A program made the position numbers and the translations under genes. A DNA stretch of 59,217 nucleotides from a bacterium (lineage in GTDB: Bacteria; Patescibacteriota; Patescibacteriia; 2-01-FULL-39-33): contig JBAXTU010000003.1 in the NCBI GenBank assembly GCA_037130015.1, forward strand, positions 1 to 59,217, read 5' to 3'. Positions 19,045 through 28,260 of this stretch are shown here, piece after piece (the first letter of the stretch is position 1; the number at the start of each line of letters is the position of its first letter). Under the pieces are notes generated by a model. That model was not told the DNA's origin and did no database searches. It saw only the letters and a program-made list of their open reading frames with translations.

Positions 19045-20337
19045 ATGATTATAACCTTGCTTATTTTTATTTTTATTCTGTCTCTTTTGGTTTTTGTGCA
19101 TGAGGCTGGACATTTTTTTACGGCCAAACGTTTCGGTATCAAAGTGGAAGAATTTGGTTTTGGCTTGCCCCCAAGAATTTTTGGCGGTCGTTTTTTATCA
19201 GGCCAAAAAGTAGAAACAATTTCCATGTCTATAGCTGGCGAAACTGAAATTAATATGAATAGTGGAGAAATTACTGGTACTTCGCAGGTACAAGTGGCTG
19301 GCAAAACCGAAACCAGGAAAAAGTGGCTTTGGGTTTGGGGCAATAAAAATACAGAAGATCAGATTGATGGACAAACAGCTGGTACAATCTACTCTCTTAA
19401 TTGGTTGCCTATTGGTGGTTTTGTAAAAATAAAAGGCGAGAATGGTGATGGCAAAAATGACAGTGACAGTTTTTCCAACAAAAGAATCAGCCGACGGATA
19501 ATTGTTTTGGCTTCTGGTGTGGCCATGAATTTTTTATTGTGTGCCATACTTCTTATTATCGGTTTTACTGTGGGATTGCCAGCAGCTATTGATGGTCCTT
19601 TGCCTTATGGCGCTATAGTCAGTCAAAATCAAATAATAGTTATGGAAGTTATTGATAATATGTCAGCCAAAGAAGCTGGCGCTAAGGCTGGAGATATTAT
19701 TTCTGCTGTTGATGGACAAAATATTGGTAGTATTAATGATTTACATAATTATTTATCAAATAAAAAAGATCAGACTGTAAAAGTTTTATTTTTGCGTGAC
19801 AAAGAAGAACTGACCAAAGACTTGCAAATTAAAGAATATCAAGGAACTACGGGTATCGGTGTGGCTCTGGCACAAACAGCCACAGTGCGTTATCCATGGT
19901 ATTTGGCAATTTGGCAAGGTATTAAGCTTACTTTTATTTGGCTGTGGGCTATTATCACTGCCTTTGCTATGTTGTTTAAAAATCTGATTATTGGTGAGCC
20001 CACTGGAGTGCAAGTAGCCGGCCCTGTTGGTATTGCTGTAATGACTGGACAAATGGCCAAATTAGGATTTGTTTATGTTTTGCAATTTGCAGCTTTATTA
20101 TCTATTAATTTAGCTATTATTAATATTTTGCCATTTCCAGCCCTAGACGGCGGTCGCATTTTATTTTTGATTATAGAAAAAATGCGTGGTAAAGCCATTA
20201 AACAACAATGGGAAAATGCTTTGCATAATCTGGGTTTTGCCTTACTTATGCTGTTAGTTTTATTTGTCACTTACAAAGATGTTTTGCGTTATGGCGGAAA
20301 AATAATTTCAGTGGTGACTGGTAGTATCTCACGTTAA
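19045..20337 (+). CDS. rseP: RIP site-2 metalloprotease RseP
   Basis: HEAGH in the first TM, a PDZ-like segment (AKEAGAKAGDIISAVDG) and the NILPFPALDGGR motif. Confidence 0.9.
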   Translation: MIITLLIFIFILSLLVFVHEAGHFFTAKRFGIKVEEFGFGLPPRIFGGRFLSGQKVETISMSIAGETEINMNSGEITGTSQVQVAGKTETRKKWLWVWGNKNTEDQIDGQTAGTIYSLNWLPIGGFVKIKGENGDGKNDSDSFSNKRISRRIIVLASGVAMNFLLCAILLIIGFTVGLPAAIDGPLPYGAIVSQNQIIVMEVIDNMSAKEAGAKAGDIISAVDGQNIGSINDLHNYLSNKKDQTVKVLFLRDKEELTKDLQIKEYQGTTGIGVALAQTATVRYPWYLAIWQGIKLTFIWLWAIITAFAMLFKNLIIGEPTGVQVAGPVGIAVMTGQMAKLGFVYVLQFAALLSINLAIINILPFPALDGGRILFLIIEKMRGKAIKQQWENALHNLGFALLMLLVLFVTYKDVLRYGGKIISVVTGSISR

Positions 20338-20349
20338 TTTTTTATAAAT

Positions 20350-20382
20350 AAAAAAAGAAGCTTCTTAAATTTAAGAAGCTTC
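20350..20382 (-). terminator. intrinsic terminator, best oriented for a minus-strand transcript
   Basis: Perfect palindrome GAAGCTTCTTAA/TTAAGAAGCTTC (20357-20382). The A-run at 20350-20356 becomes a U-run only on the minus strand. On the plus strand only a weak TGTTTGT follows. Confidence 0.65.
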
Positions 20383-20391
20383 ACTGTTTGT

Positions 20392-20696
20392 AAAAAAAGA
20401 GGGGATCAGCCCAGCCAGACCCTTGGGATCAGGGAATTCCGCGTATTCTCAAAACAGCCACATCTTTTTCTTCTCAATAGATCATTGTCCAAGAAAAGGA
20501 TGGCCCGGACTCCTTAATGTTACTCCAAAAGATTTCTCGTCTTTTTATTGACGATAGGCTATTTGCCAAGACTGTATTAATCGCGACGGACTAACCTTTC
20601 ATTTTTTAGAGAGAGCTACACTCTGTCAGAGCCGTCTTTGCTGGGGGAGGTTAAAAGTCTAATCCCGATATTCCCGCTTCTGATCCCTCTTTTTTA
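20392..20696 (-). ncRNA. candidate structured RNA or MITE-like element of unknown class
   Basis: No ORF of 60 aa or more in any frame across the 388-nt gap. The element is bracketed by a 16/17-nt inverted repeat (20392-20409 vs 20680-20695), has GC-enriched ends and several internal hairpins. The strand is inferred from terminator orientation and a TTGACT-17-TATCAT match on the minus strand (20726-20754). Confidence 0.35.
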
Positions 20697-20755
20697 AAGA
20701 GCTAAAAGAGCAAATATGTTATTAAATGATATATAATAAATTAATTTTAGTCAAT

Positions 20756-21112
20756 ATGAAAATATCCATACCTGAAAATTTAAGTCCGATTGATGCTATT
20801 CGTCATTGTGGCTATGGTCTGGTGAATGATAGACGTAATCCAGAACAAAGTTTTGCCAGACGCATGGGCAGTGGTATTTATCCGCGTTTTCATGTTTATT
20901 TGGAGACGCATTTTATTAATCTGCATCTAGATCAAAAACAAGCCAGTTATGAGGGTCAATCCAAGCATAGTGGTGAATATTCAGGCGACACTGTGGAACA
21001 TGAAGCTTCTAGAATCAGTGAAATGCTAGAAAAAATGTCTATTGAAGCCGGAAATACTGGCAGAAACAAGGAACCGGAGGAAAAAGGCGGTTGGCTATCT
21101 AGATTTTTTTGA
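20756..21112 (+). CDS. hypothetical protein
   Basis: Balanced amino-acid composition (MKISIPENLSPIDAIRHCGYGLVNDRRNPEQSF...). The start is uncertain: 20726 is an in-frame alternative and neither has an SD. I recognise no family. Confidence 0.5.
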   Translation: MKISIPENLSPIDAIRHCGYGLVNDRRNPEQSFARRMGSGIYPRFHVYLETHFINLHLDQKQASYEGQSKHSGEYSGDTVEHEASRISEMLEKMSIEAGNTGRNKEPEEKGGWLSRFF

Positions 21113-21163
21113 CAAATCAGCCCAAAATGTTAAAATACGGGCATTAAATTATACATCAATAAT

Positions 21164-22630
21164 ATGTCTTCAAAAGCAATTACGACAAGAAAAGAGGATT
21201 ATTCTCAATGGTATTTGGACGTTGTAGAGGCGGCCGATTTGGCCGAAAATTCTTCAGTCCGAGGTTGTATGGTTATAAAACCATATGGCTATGCACTTTG
21301 GGAAAATATGCAGAAAATTTTGGATGCAAAATTTAAGGTGACGGGCGTAGCTAATGCTTATTTTCCAATTTTTATTCCCAAAAGTTTTTTTGAACGAGAA
21401 GCCCAGCATGTTGAAGGTTTTGCTAAAGAATGTGCTGTAGTGACACATCATCGTTTAGAAATGGATGAGGCGACTGGTAAATTAATTCCAGCCGGACCAT
21501 TAGATGAGCCTTTGATTGTTCGTCCGACTTCAGAAACAATTATTTATGACACCTTTAGTAGATGGGTTCAATCATATCGTGATTTGCCACTTTTAATAAA
21601 TCAATGGGCTAATATTGTTCGTTGGGAAATGCGCACCAGATTGTTTTTGCGTAGTATGGAATTTTTGTGGCAAGAGGGTCATACGGCTCATGCCACCGAA
21701 AAAGAGGCTAATGAAAGAGCTAGACAAATGATTGAAGTGTACAAAGATTTTTTTGAAAATTATTTAGCCATTCCTATTATTGCCGGTCAAAAAACAGAAT
21801 CTGAAAAATTTGCTGGCGCTGATTGTACTTATTGTGTTGAAGCTATGATGCAAGATGGTAAAGCTTTGCAAGCCGGTACCTCGCATATGCTTGGACAGAA
21901 TTTTGCTAAACCTTTCAATGTTTCTTTTTTGGATGAAAAAGGTGAGAATCAGTTTGTTTGGCAGACTAGTTGGGGTGTTAGTACCCGCATGATTGGCGGA
22001 CTAATTATGGCTCATGGCGATGATAAGGGCATGATTATGCCACCTCGTATTGCTCCTTTACAGGTTGTAGTGGCGACTATTTTTACTAATGAAAAAGAAA
22101 AAGAAATAGTGTCAGTTGTTGCTAATGATTTAGTTTTAAAATTAAAAGAACAAGGACTAAGCGTTAAGCTTGATGATAGAGATGAAAGACCAGGGGTTAA
22201 ATTTTATGAATGGGAAAAGAAAGGCGTACCGCTTAGAATAGAAATCGGACCCAAAGATGTCCAAAATAAAAAAGCTGTTTTGGTGCGTCGTGATACTTCT
22301 GAAAAACAAATCGTGGATATTTCCAAAGTATCTGCCACTACTATTGATCTGCTAGAAGAAATCCAAAAGTCATTATTTGAAAGAGCTTTATTGTATCAAA
22401 AAAATAAAACCAAAGAGATTAATGATTTTAAAAAATTTGAAAAGTTTATTGCTGAAGAAGAAGGCTTTGTGATAGCTAATTGGTGCGGTGATGAAAAATG
22501 TGAAGCTGAGATTAAAGAAAAAACCAAAGCCACTATCAGATGTATTCCTTTTGAAGGCAGTGAGGCTGATGGCGATTGTTTGTGTGGTAAAAAAGGTAAA
22601 TATAAAGTAATTTTTGCTAAGGCGTATTAG
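21164..22630 (+). CDS. proS: prolyl-tRNA synthetase, archaeal/eukaryote-like type
   Basis: 488 aa. It has N-terminal DYSQWYLDVV, class-II motifs, no bacterial INS editing domain, and a Cys-rich C-terminal domain ending in Y. Confidence 0.94.
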   Translation: MSSKAITTRKEDYSQWYLDVVEAADLAENSSVRGCMVIKPYGYALWENMQKILDAKFKVTGVANAYFPIFIPKSFFEREAQHVEGFAKECAVVTHHRLEMDEATGKLIPAGPLDEPLIVRPTSETIIYDTFSRWVQSYRDLPLLINQWANIVRWEMRTRLFLRSMEFLWQEGHTAHATEKEANERARQMIEVYKDFFENYLAIPIIAGQKTESEKFAGADCTYCVEAMMQDGKALQAGTSHMLGQNFAKPFNVSFLDEKGENQFVWQTSWGVSTRMIGGLIMAHGDDKGMIMPPRIAPLQVVVATIFTNEKEKEIVSVVANDLVLKLKEQGLSVKLDDRDERPGVKFYEWEKKGVPLRIEIGPKDVQNKKAVLVRRDTSEKQIVDISKVSATTIDLLEEIQKSLFERALLYQKNKTKEINDFKKFEKFIAEEEGFVIANWCGDEKCEAEIKEKTKATIRCIPFEGSEADGDCLCGKKGKYKVIFAKAY

Positions 22631-22659
22631 TTTGTTTTGATTAATTTAAGTTTCTGTTT

Positions 22660-23697
22660 ATGTGGAAAAAAATAGTAGGAAAATTCAATAAAGGATTGGG
22701 CATTGATTTGGGCAGTACTAAAACCATGATTTATCAGCAAGAGCGGGGGATTGTGGTGAGTGAATCTAGTGTGGTGGCTATTAATAATCGCACGGATCAG
22801 ATTTTGGCTGTTGGCGATGAAGCGCGCAAAATGCTGGGCAAAACACCGCCTCATATTTTGGCATCACGTCCACTTGAACATGGGATTATTTCTGATTTTG
22901 AAGTGTCAGAAAAAATGCTTAAATATTTTATGAGTCGTGTGCAGGCTGGCAAGTGGACTATTTCTACTAAACCACGTGTGGTAATAGGTATTCCGCTGGA
23001 TGTCACAGAAGTTGAAAAAAAAGCGGTTGAAGATGTGGTCATGTCAGCTGGAGCCAGCCAAGTATTTTTGGTAGAAAATATTATGGCCGCGGCTATTGGT
23101 GCGCGCATTCCTATTCAAGATGCTAGCGGTAATATGGTGGTCAATCTTGGTGGTGGCTTGACTGAGGTGGCTGTAGTGTCTCTTGATGGCGTGGTTAATT
23201 GGCGTGTCACCAAAGTGGCTGGCGCTACGCTAGATAAAGATATTATCCGTTTTGCTAGAGATGAGTTTAATCTTATTTTGGGTGAAATGGTAGCTGAGGA
23301 TATTAAGAAAAAAATTGGATCAGCATATGAACTTAAAGAACCAATGGAAATGCAAATGCGCGGGCGTGATGTGATTACTGGTTTGCCGAGAGAGGTGATT
23401 GTTAATAGTGTCCAAATACAAAATTCTATTTTTCGTTCTATTCAAACTATTTTAGATACTATTAAATCAACATTAGAAACCACACCTCCAGAGTTAGTGG
23501 CTGACATTTATCAAAAAGGTATTATTTTGACTGGCGGTACGGCTCAATTAAAAAATATTGATAGATTTATTGTGAATGGCATTCAAATTCCCGTCCATAT
23601 AGCTGACGATCCTCAGACTTGCACGGTACGCGGTATGGGTAGTATTCTTGATGATGAAGCCTTACTCAAAGATATTAAAGTTTTATCTTCACAGTAA
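22660..23697 (+). CDS. mreB: rod-shape-determining protein MreB, paralogue 2
   Basis: 345 aa with GIDLGSTKTMIY, NLGGGLTEVAVVSLDG and LTGGTAQLKNID. It heads the mreBCD-PBP2 cluster. Confidence 0.93.
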   Translation: MWKKIVGKFNKGLGIDLGSTKTMIYQQERGIVVSESSVVAINNRTDQILAVGDEARKMLGKTPPHILASRPLEHGIISDFEVSEKMLKYFMSRVQAGKWTISTKPRVVIGIPLDVTEVEKKAVEDVVMSAGASQVFLVENIMAAAIGARIPIQDASGNMVVNLGGGLTEVAVVSLDGVVNWRVTKVAGATLDKDIIRFARDEFNLILGEMVAEDIKKKIGSAYELKEPMEMQMRGRDVITGLPREVIVNSVQIQNSIFRSIQTILDTIKSTLETTPPELVADIYQKGIILTGGTAQLKNIDRFIVNGIQIPVHIADDPQTCTVRGMGSILDDEALLKDIKVLSSQ

Positions 23698-23706
23698 TTT
23701 TAATCT

Positions 23707-24501
23707 ATGGAAAAATTTATAAAATCCATAGCTGTTGGATTGATAGCCATTATACTAATAATCGGTTTGCACTATTTGGGATGGCTTAGACCGGTGGAAA
23801 ATTTGCTGGTGCAAACTGTCGCGCCAGTACAAAGCAAGGTTTTCTCTTCTTCTTTTGGTTTAAAAAATTTTTACAACGCTTGGCTGGCCAAGCGTGATTT
23901 ATTGTCAGAAAATGAACAGTTGAAAAATCAATTGCTTAATTCGCAACTGGACAAAACAAAGTTAAATAGTTTGCAAGCAGAAAATGATTTATTAAAACAG
24001 GAATTAAAATTTATTGATACTAGTAAAGTAAAATATATTCCAGCTACTATTATCACAGGTGTTTCTGATTCTGATTCGCAATCAATTGTGATTGATAGAG
24101 GATCTAATGATGGCCTTAAAAAAGGTTTGGCCGTGGTGGCTGGTGGCGGAGTTTTGGTTGGAAAAATTCAAGAGGTTAGCAATAATTATAGCAAGGTGTT
24201 GTTGCTTTCTGATAATAAATCACGAGTGGCTGCCACTATTCAAAACATGAATAATACTACTGGGTTGGTTGAAGGCCAATTTGGGCTAAGTTTTTCTATG
24301 ACCAATATTCCTCAAGATCAGGATTTAAAAGAAGGGGATTTGATTGTCACTTCGGGACTGGAAGGACAAATTCCCAAAGGATTATTGATAGCCAAGGTTG
24401 GACATGTTAATCAGGTGGCTAGCGAAATTTTTAAGACTGCCCTGCTCACTCCAATAATTTCTTTTGATAATTTGAGCCGGGTGATAGTAATAACCCCTTA
24501 A
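23707..24501 (+). CDS. mreC: rod-shape-determining protein MreC
   Basis: N-terminal TM, a coiled coil (ENEQLKNQLLNSQLDKTKLNSLQAENDLLKQELK), then beta-barrel repeats (DRGSNDGLKKGLAVV...GKIQEV; VTSGLEGQIPKGLLIAKV). Confidence 0.85.
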   Translation: MEKFIKSIAVGLIAIILIIGLHYLGWLRPVENLLVQTVAPVQSKVFSSSFGLKNFYNAWLAKRDLLSENEQLKNQLLNSQLDKTKLNSLQAENDLLKQELKFIDTSKVKYIPATIITGVSDSDSQSIVIDRGSNDGLKKGLAVVAGGGVLVGKIQEVSNNYSKVLLLSDNKSRVAATIQNMNNTTGLVEGQFGLSFSMTNIPQDQDLKEGDLIVTSGLEGQIPKGLLIAKVGHVNQVASEIFKTALLTPIISFDNLSRVIVITP

Positions 24502-24548
24502 TTAAAAAAACATGAGATCCCTGGTCAGGCCAGGGATGACAATTTTTT

Positions 24549-25067
24549 ATGCGTTATAAAATAATAATTTATTTTTTATTGTCCTGGTTGGCGCTGATTA
24601 TTCAAATCAGCTTTTTGAATAATTTTTATTTTTTATCAATTATTAATTTGCCACTTATGGCTATTGTGTTAATGATTTGTTTGTCTGATTTTACTTGGAC
24701 GGCCATCTTGGCTATTTGGAGTGGTATATTCCTGGATCTTTATTCGGGTTTGCCTTTTGGTGTTTATTTATTTTGTTTCTTTTTAACGGCGATTATTTTA
24801 GAATTTCTTTTTTTGAATTGGCTCACCAATCGTTCTCTTTTTGCGTTGATGATTTTAGGTTTGGTTTCAGTTTTATCTTATAATTTAATTTTTGTGATTG
24901 TGACCGGTACTTTTCATCTTTTTGGCTGGAATGATTTTGTTTTGGGTTGGGGTTATCTAGGCTTTGTTGTTTTGCAACTAGTCTATACTTCGGTTTTGCT
25001 TTATGTTTGCTTCCGTGTTATTAATAAATTGTCAAAATCATTTAAGCCAATATTTCTACGTTCATGA
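24549..25067 (+). CDS. mreD: rod-shape-determining protein MreD (polytopic membrane protein)
   Basis: 172-aa hydrophobic protein with about 5 TM helices, positioned between mreC and PBP2. The call rests mainly on position. Confidence 0.65.
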   Translation: MRYKIIIYFLLSWLALIIQISFLNNFYFLSIINLPLMAIVLMICLSDFTWTAILAIWSGIFLDLYSGLPFGVYLFCFFLTAIILEFLFLNWLTNRSLFALMILGLVSVLSYNLIFVIVTGTFHLFGWNDFVLGWGYLGFVVLQLVYTSVLLYVCFRVINKLSKSFKPIFLRS

Positions 25068-26980
25068 AAAATGAAGAGCAATTTTTTATTGTTGAAAACA
25101 TAGATCTTGGTCGTCGTGATTCGCTCTCTTGGGTGGAAGAAAGCTATGACCAAGGAGTCAATTTGCCTGAAGAAAGCAATCCGGATTTTTTGAGCTTGTC
25201 TTTGCCACGCAAAAAAGTCCGTTTTCTTTTGTGGTTTATATGTGCTGTTGTAATTGTCCTTTTTGCTCGTAGTTTTTATTTGCAAATTATTTCTGGCGGT
25301 TATTATTATTCTTTGGCTGAGGATAATCGTATTCGCAGTCATGCCGTACCTGCTCAGCGTGGAATTATTTATGACAGAAATGGCAAAGTACTGGTCAATA
25401 ATATTTCTGGTTTTTCTTTGGTTGTGGTGCCAGCTGATCTGCCCATTAATCAAACCGAAAGACAAACTATAATTTCTCAGATTGCGACTATTTCTGGACT
25501 TGATCAAAACGAAGTTGAAAAGACAATCAGCTCGGCCAGCCAATATTATTTTCAGCCAATAGTCATAAAGACTGGTATCGGCTATGATGAAGCCATGGCT
25601 CTCAAAATCGCCAGCGTGGATTTGCCCGGTATTAATATTGAAACAGACGCTTGGAGATACTATCCTTTGGGACGTGATTTTGCGCATATTCTTGGTTATG
25701 TTGGTAAGATAAACGCTCAGGAATATGAGCAGAATAAAAGCAACTATTTGCTGTCTGATAATATGGGCAAGACAGGACTAGAAAAAATTTATGAAAAAGA
25801 ATTGCGTGGCATAGCTGGCGAGAGACGGATGGAGGTTGATTCACTTGGTAGAGAGAAAAAAATAGTTTCTGAAGTCGCGTCTATTCCAGGCAATGATTTA
25901 ATATTGTCAATTGATGCTGATTTGCAGGATAAGATTTTTCAAATCATTGACACTCAGCTTCAAGGTAAAAAGACCGCCTCTATTGTTGTGTCTGATCCTA
26001 GAAATGGTGAAATTTTGGCCATGGTTGATTATCCTAGTTATGATAATAATCTTTTTGCCAAAGGAATAAGCCAAGCTGATTATCAAAAATTATTAGATGA
26101 TGAAAATAAACCGCTATTTTTTCGTGCTATTTCCGGCGAATATCCATCTGGTTCAACGGTTAAAATTGTAGAAGCGGCTGGGGCTCTGCAAGAAAAAATT
26201 ATAAATATTAACACCACGATTAATAGTGTTGGTGGTATTGGTATTGGGCAGTGGTTTTTTCCTGATTGGAAAGCTGGCGGACATGGGCTGACCAATGTCA
26301 CCAAGGCTATTGCTTGGTCAGTTAATTCTTTTTTCTATTACATTGGTGGTGGTTATGGGGATTTTAAGGGTATGGGAGTGGACTTGCTAGATAAATATTT
26401 TTCACTGTTTGGTTTGGGTGAAAAAATGGGTATTGATTTGCCGGGTGAACGATCTGGACTAGTACCCACACCAGAATGGAAAAAGGAAACCAAAAAAGAA
26501 AGCTGGTATGTGGGGGATACTTATCATTTGTCTATTGGACAGGGTGATTTGCTAGTGACTCCACTTCAAGTGAACAGTTATACGGCTACCATTGCCAATA
26601 ATGGCAAAGTTTTTGTGCCACATGTGGTGGCTGGAGTTGCCCATCCAGATGGTTCTGTGATTGGTATTTCGCCAGCTATTATTAGACAAGATTTTATTGA
26701 CAGTGATAATTTGACTATCGTGCGTCAAGGCATGAGAGAGACTATCACTTATGGTTCTGGCCGAGCTTTGTTATCTTTACCCGTCACTGTGGCTGGCAAA
26801 ACCGGTACGGCTCAATGGAATTTGGACAAACCAAATCATGCTTGGTTCACGGCTTTTGCGCCATATGATGCGCCCACTTTTTGCATCACCGTGCTGGTGG
26901 AACAAGGCGGAGAAGGCAGTTCTATTGCTGCGCCAATTGCCAAGGATATTATTGCTTATTGGTTTACTAAGAATAACTAG
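25064..26980 (+). CDS. mrdA: penicillin-binding protein 2 (elongasome transpeptidase)
   Basis: N-terminal TM, a PBP dimerisation domain, and the transpeptidase motifs STVK, SVN and KTGTA. The ATGA overlaps mreD. Confidence 0.92.
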   Translation: MKNEEQFFIVENIDLGRRDSLSWVEESYDQGVNLPEESNPDFLSLSLPRKKVRFLLWFICAVVIVLFARSFYLQIISGGYYYSLAEDNRIRSHAVPAQRGIIYDRNGKVLVNNISGFSLVVVPADLPINQTERQTIISQIATISGLDQNEVEKTISSASQYYFQPIVIKTGIGYDEAMALKIASVDLPGINIETDAWRYYPLGRDFAHILGYVGKINAQEYEQNKSNYLLSDNMGKTGLEKIYEKELRGIAGERRMEVDSLGREKKIVSEVASIPGNDLILSIDADLQDKIFQIIDTQLQGKKTASIVVSDPRNGEILAMVDYPSYDNNLFAKGISQADYQKLLDDENKPLFFRAISGEYPSGSTVKIVEAAGALQEKIININTTINSVGGIGIGQWFFPDWKAGGHGLTNVTKAIAWSVNSFFYYIGGGYGDFKGMGVDLLDKYFSLFGLGEKMGIDLPGERSGLVPTPEWKKETKKESWYVGDTYHLSIGQGDLLVTPLQVNSYTATIANNGKVFVPHVVAGVAHPDGSVIGISPAIIRQDFIDSDNLTIVRQGMRETITYGSGRALLSLPVTVAGKTGTAQWNLDKPNHAWFTAFAPYDAPTFCITVLVEQGGEGSSIAAPIAKDIIAYWFTKNN

Positions 26981-27082
26981 TTAAAATGATTTCTATGTTT
27001 TCCACTTGACACAGTTTTTAAAATGTTATATCCTATTAACTGTCGTATGTAATAAATAAACAAAATAAATAAATATTTAGTC

Positions 27083-27544
27083 ATGCAAAATTATATTTCC
27101 CCTGAGGGTTTGGAAAAAGTTAAAAAAGAATTAGAGCAACTCAAAACAGTTGATAGAGTTGAAATTATTGACAGGATTTCTCGCGCTAGAGACCTTGGCG
27201 ATTTGAGTGAAAACGCTGAATATCATGAAGCTAGAGAAAGACAAAGCTTTGTTGAAGGCAGGATTCAAGAATTGGAATCACTTATTAAAAGTGCTTTAAT
27301 TATTAATAATGAAAAAAATACCACTGGCAGTGTTGGTGTTGGATCAACAGTGCATGCCACTTATGATAATGGTGTTAAAGTAAAATACATGATTGTGGGC
27401 CACACCGAAGCTGATCCCATGAATGGTAAAATTTCTCATGAGTCGCCATTGGGCAAGGCTTTTATTGGCAAAATTAAAGGTGATGAATTTGAACTCGCTA
27501 TTCCGGCTGGAAAAATAAAATGTAAAATTGATCATATTGAATAA
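27083..27544 (+). CDS. greA: transcription elongation factor GreA
   Basis: 153 aa. Contains DLSENAEYHEARERQSFVEGRIQELE and the C-terminal SHESPLGKAFIGKIKGDE motif. Confidence 0.95.
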   Translation: MQNYISPEGLEKVKKELEQLKTVDRVEIIDRISRARDLGDLSENAEYHEARERQSFVEGRIQELESLIKSALIINNEKNTTGSVGVGSTVHATYDNGVKVKYMIVGHTEADPMNGKISHESPLGKAFIGKIKGDEFELAIPAGKIKCKIDHIE

Positions 27545-27564
27545 AAATTGATTTAGTAGAGTAA

Positions 27565-27608
27565 AAAAATAAAGGGCCTCACGATTAAATCGTTGGCCCT
27601 TTTTTTGT
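27565..27608. terminator. bidirectional intrinsic terminator
   Basis: AAGGGCC...GGCCCTT outer stem with an inner ACGAT/ATCGT stem (27572-27601). An A-run lies upstream and a T-run downstream. It sits between convergent greA and the vWA gene. Confidence 0.8.
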
Positions 27609-27633
27609 TTAGTTTATTCTACAATTTTCTATA

Positions 27634-28182
27634 TCAGACACACCATATTTTTGGTATAGTGATAGCATGATCTGGATCAGTTGGAAAACCCAACCGCTCA
27701 GCCAGCTCACTGCCTTCAATTCCAAAACCGAAAGATAGTAGATCCCAACCATTGGCTATGGCTATTTTTGCAGTTTGATGCAATTCATGTTGTTGATGTT
27801 TATTAGTGGAGTTATCTTCTCCGTCGCTAAAAACGCCAATCATTATTTGAGGTGCTGATTCTTTTGGTGCATCCCAGTGGTCAATTAAGTTTTTGATAGT
27901 GTCATTAACACTTTCAAACAAATAACTACCACTTTCTAATGGACAATCTTCTGACTTAATATTCGGAAGTAATCCCACTGGTAGGATTTTTGTCATGGGT
28001 TTTGTTTTTTTTGCAAAGAACAGAACACCACAGTAGAATTCTATTTCTTCTTGCAGTTTACGCATAGTATTTAGGTGTGTATTAACTGCAGAGATTGGTT
28101 TGTCGCCAAATTTAGCCATAGACATTGATCTGTCTAATAGTAAAATTGACATGGTGATGTTTAATGAAAGATCTGGGCTCAT
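27634..28182 (-). CDS. von Willebrand factor A (vWA) domain protein
   Basis: MIDAS motif LLLDRSMSM (DxSxS) and a later VFSDGEDN. The start was moved to the ATG at 28182, which has AGGAG 5 nt upstream; the ORF-track start is 28260. Confidence 0.75.
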   Translation of the reverse strand: MSPDLSLNITMSILLLDRSMSMAKFGDKPISAVNTHLNTMRKLQEEIEFYCGVLFFAKKTKPMTKILPVGLLPNIKSEDCPLESGSYLFESVNDTIKNLIDHWDAPKESAPQIMIGVFSDGEDNSTNKHQQHELHQTAKIAIANGWDLLSFGFGIEGSELAERLGFPTDPDHAITIPKIWCV

Positions 28183-28231
28183 TTTTTCTCCTTTTTTGTT
28201 TCGTTTTGTGGTTTCAATAGAAGAGATTAAT

Positions 28232-28260
28232 ATATTAACATGTATTTTTGTGTTTGTCAA
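28232..28260 (-). promoter_or_regulatory. sigma70-like promoter for the vWA gene
   Basis: On the minus strand: TTGACA (rc of 28255-28260), 17-nt spacer, TAATAT (rc of 28232-28237). Confidence 0.55.

Noticed and set aside
19190-19440. An extra ~80-residue segment in RseP between the HExxH helix and the LPIGGFVKIKGE motif could be a novel insertion.
   Set aside because: RseP family members vary widely in this loop and in PDZ number. Without an alignment I cannot show it is unusual.
20392-20696. I considered whether the intergenic element is tmRNA, SRP RNA, 6S RNA, a second RNase P RNA, or a T-box or other riboswitch for the downstream genes.
   Set aside because: For tmRNA, neither strand has a T-loop (GGTTCGA/GGTTCAA), a G3:U70 acceptor pair or encoded CCA, and I found no plausible tag ORF ending in hydrophobic-Ala-Ala. 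For SRP, there is no GGAA/GNRA tetraloop with flanking domain-IV motifs. It is too long for 6S RNA. RNase P RNA is unambiguously at 33425-33830. For a T-box, the GGGTGGTACCGCG-like box is absent and an ORF separates the element from proS. It is therefore left as unassigned rather than named.
21042-21227. A 61-aa ORF bridges the hypothetical gene and proS.
   Set aside because: It overlaps the ends of two better-supported ORFs, has no start signals, and has junk-like composition.
25001-25687. A 228-aa minus-strand ORF lies antisense to mreD/PBP2. Similar antisense ORFs occur elsewhere (917-1297, 2648-3103, 6693-7106, 11723-12028, 13142-13432, 16739-17131, 19023-19343, 46480-46806, 52354-52734 and others).
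   Set aside because: All lie inside well-supported genes on the other strand. They have skewed, low-complexity composition and no expression signals, so I treated them as shadow ORFs.
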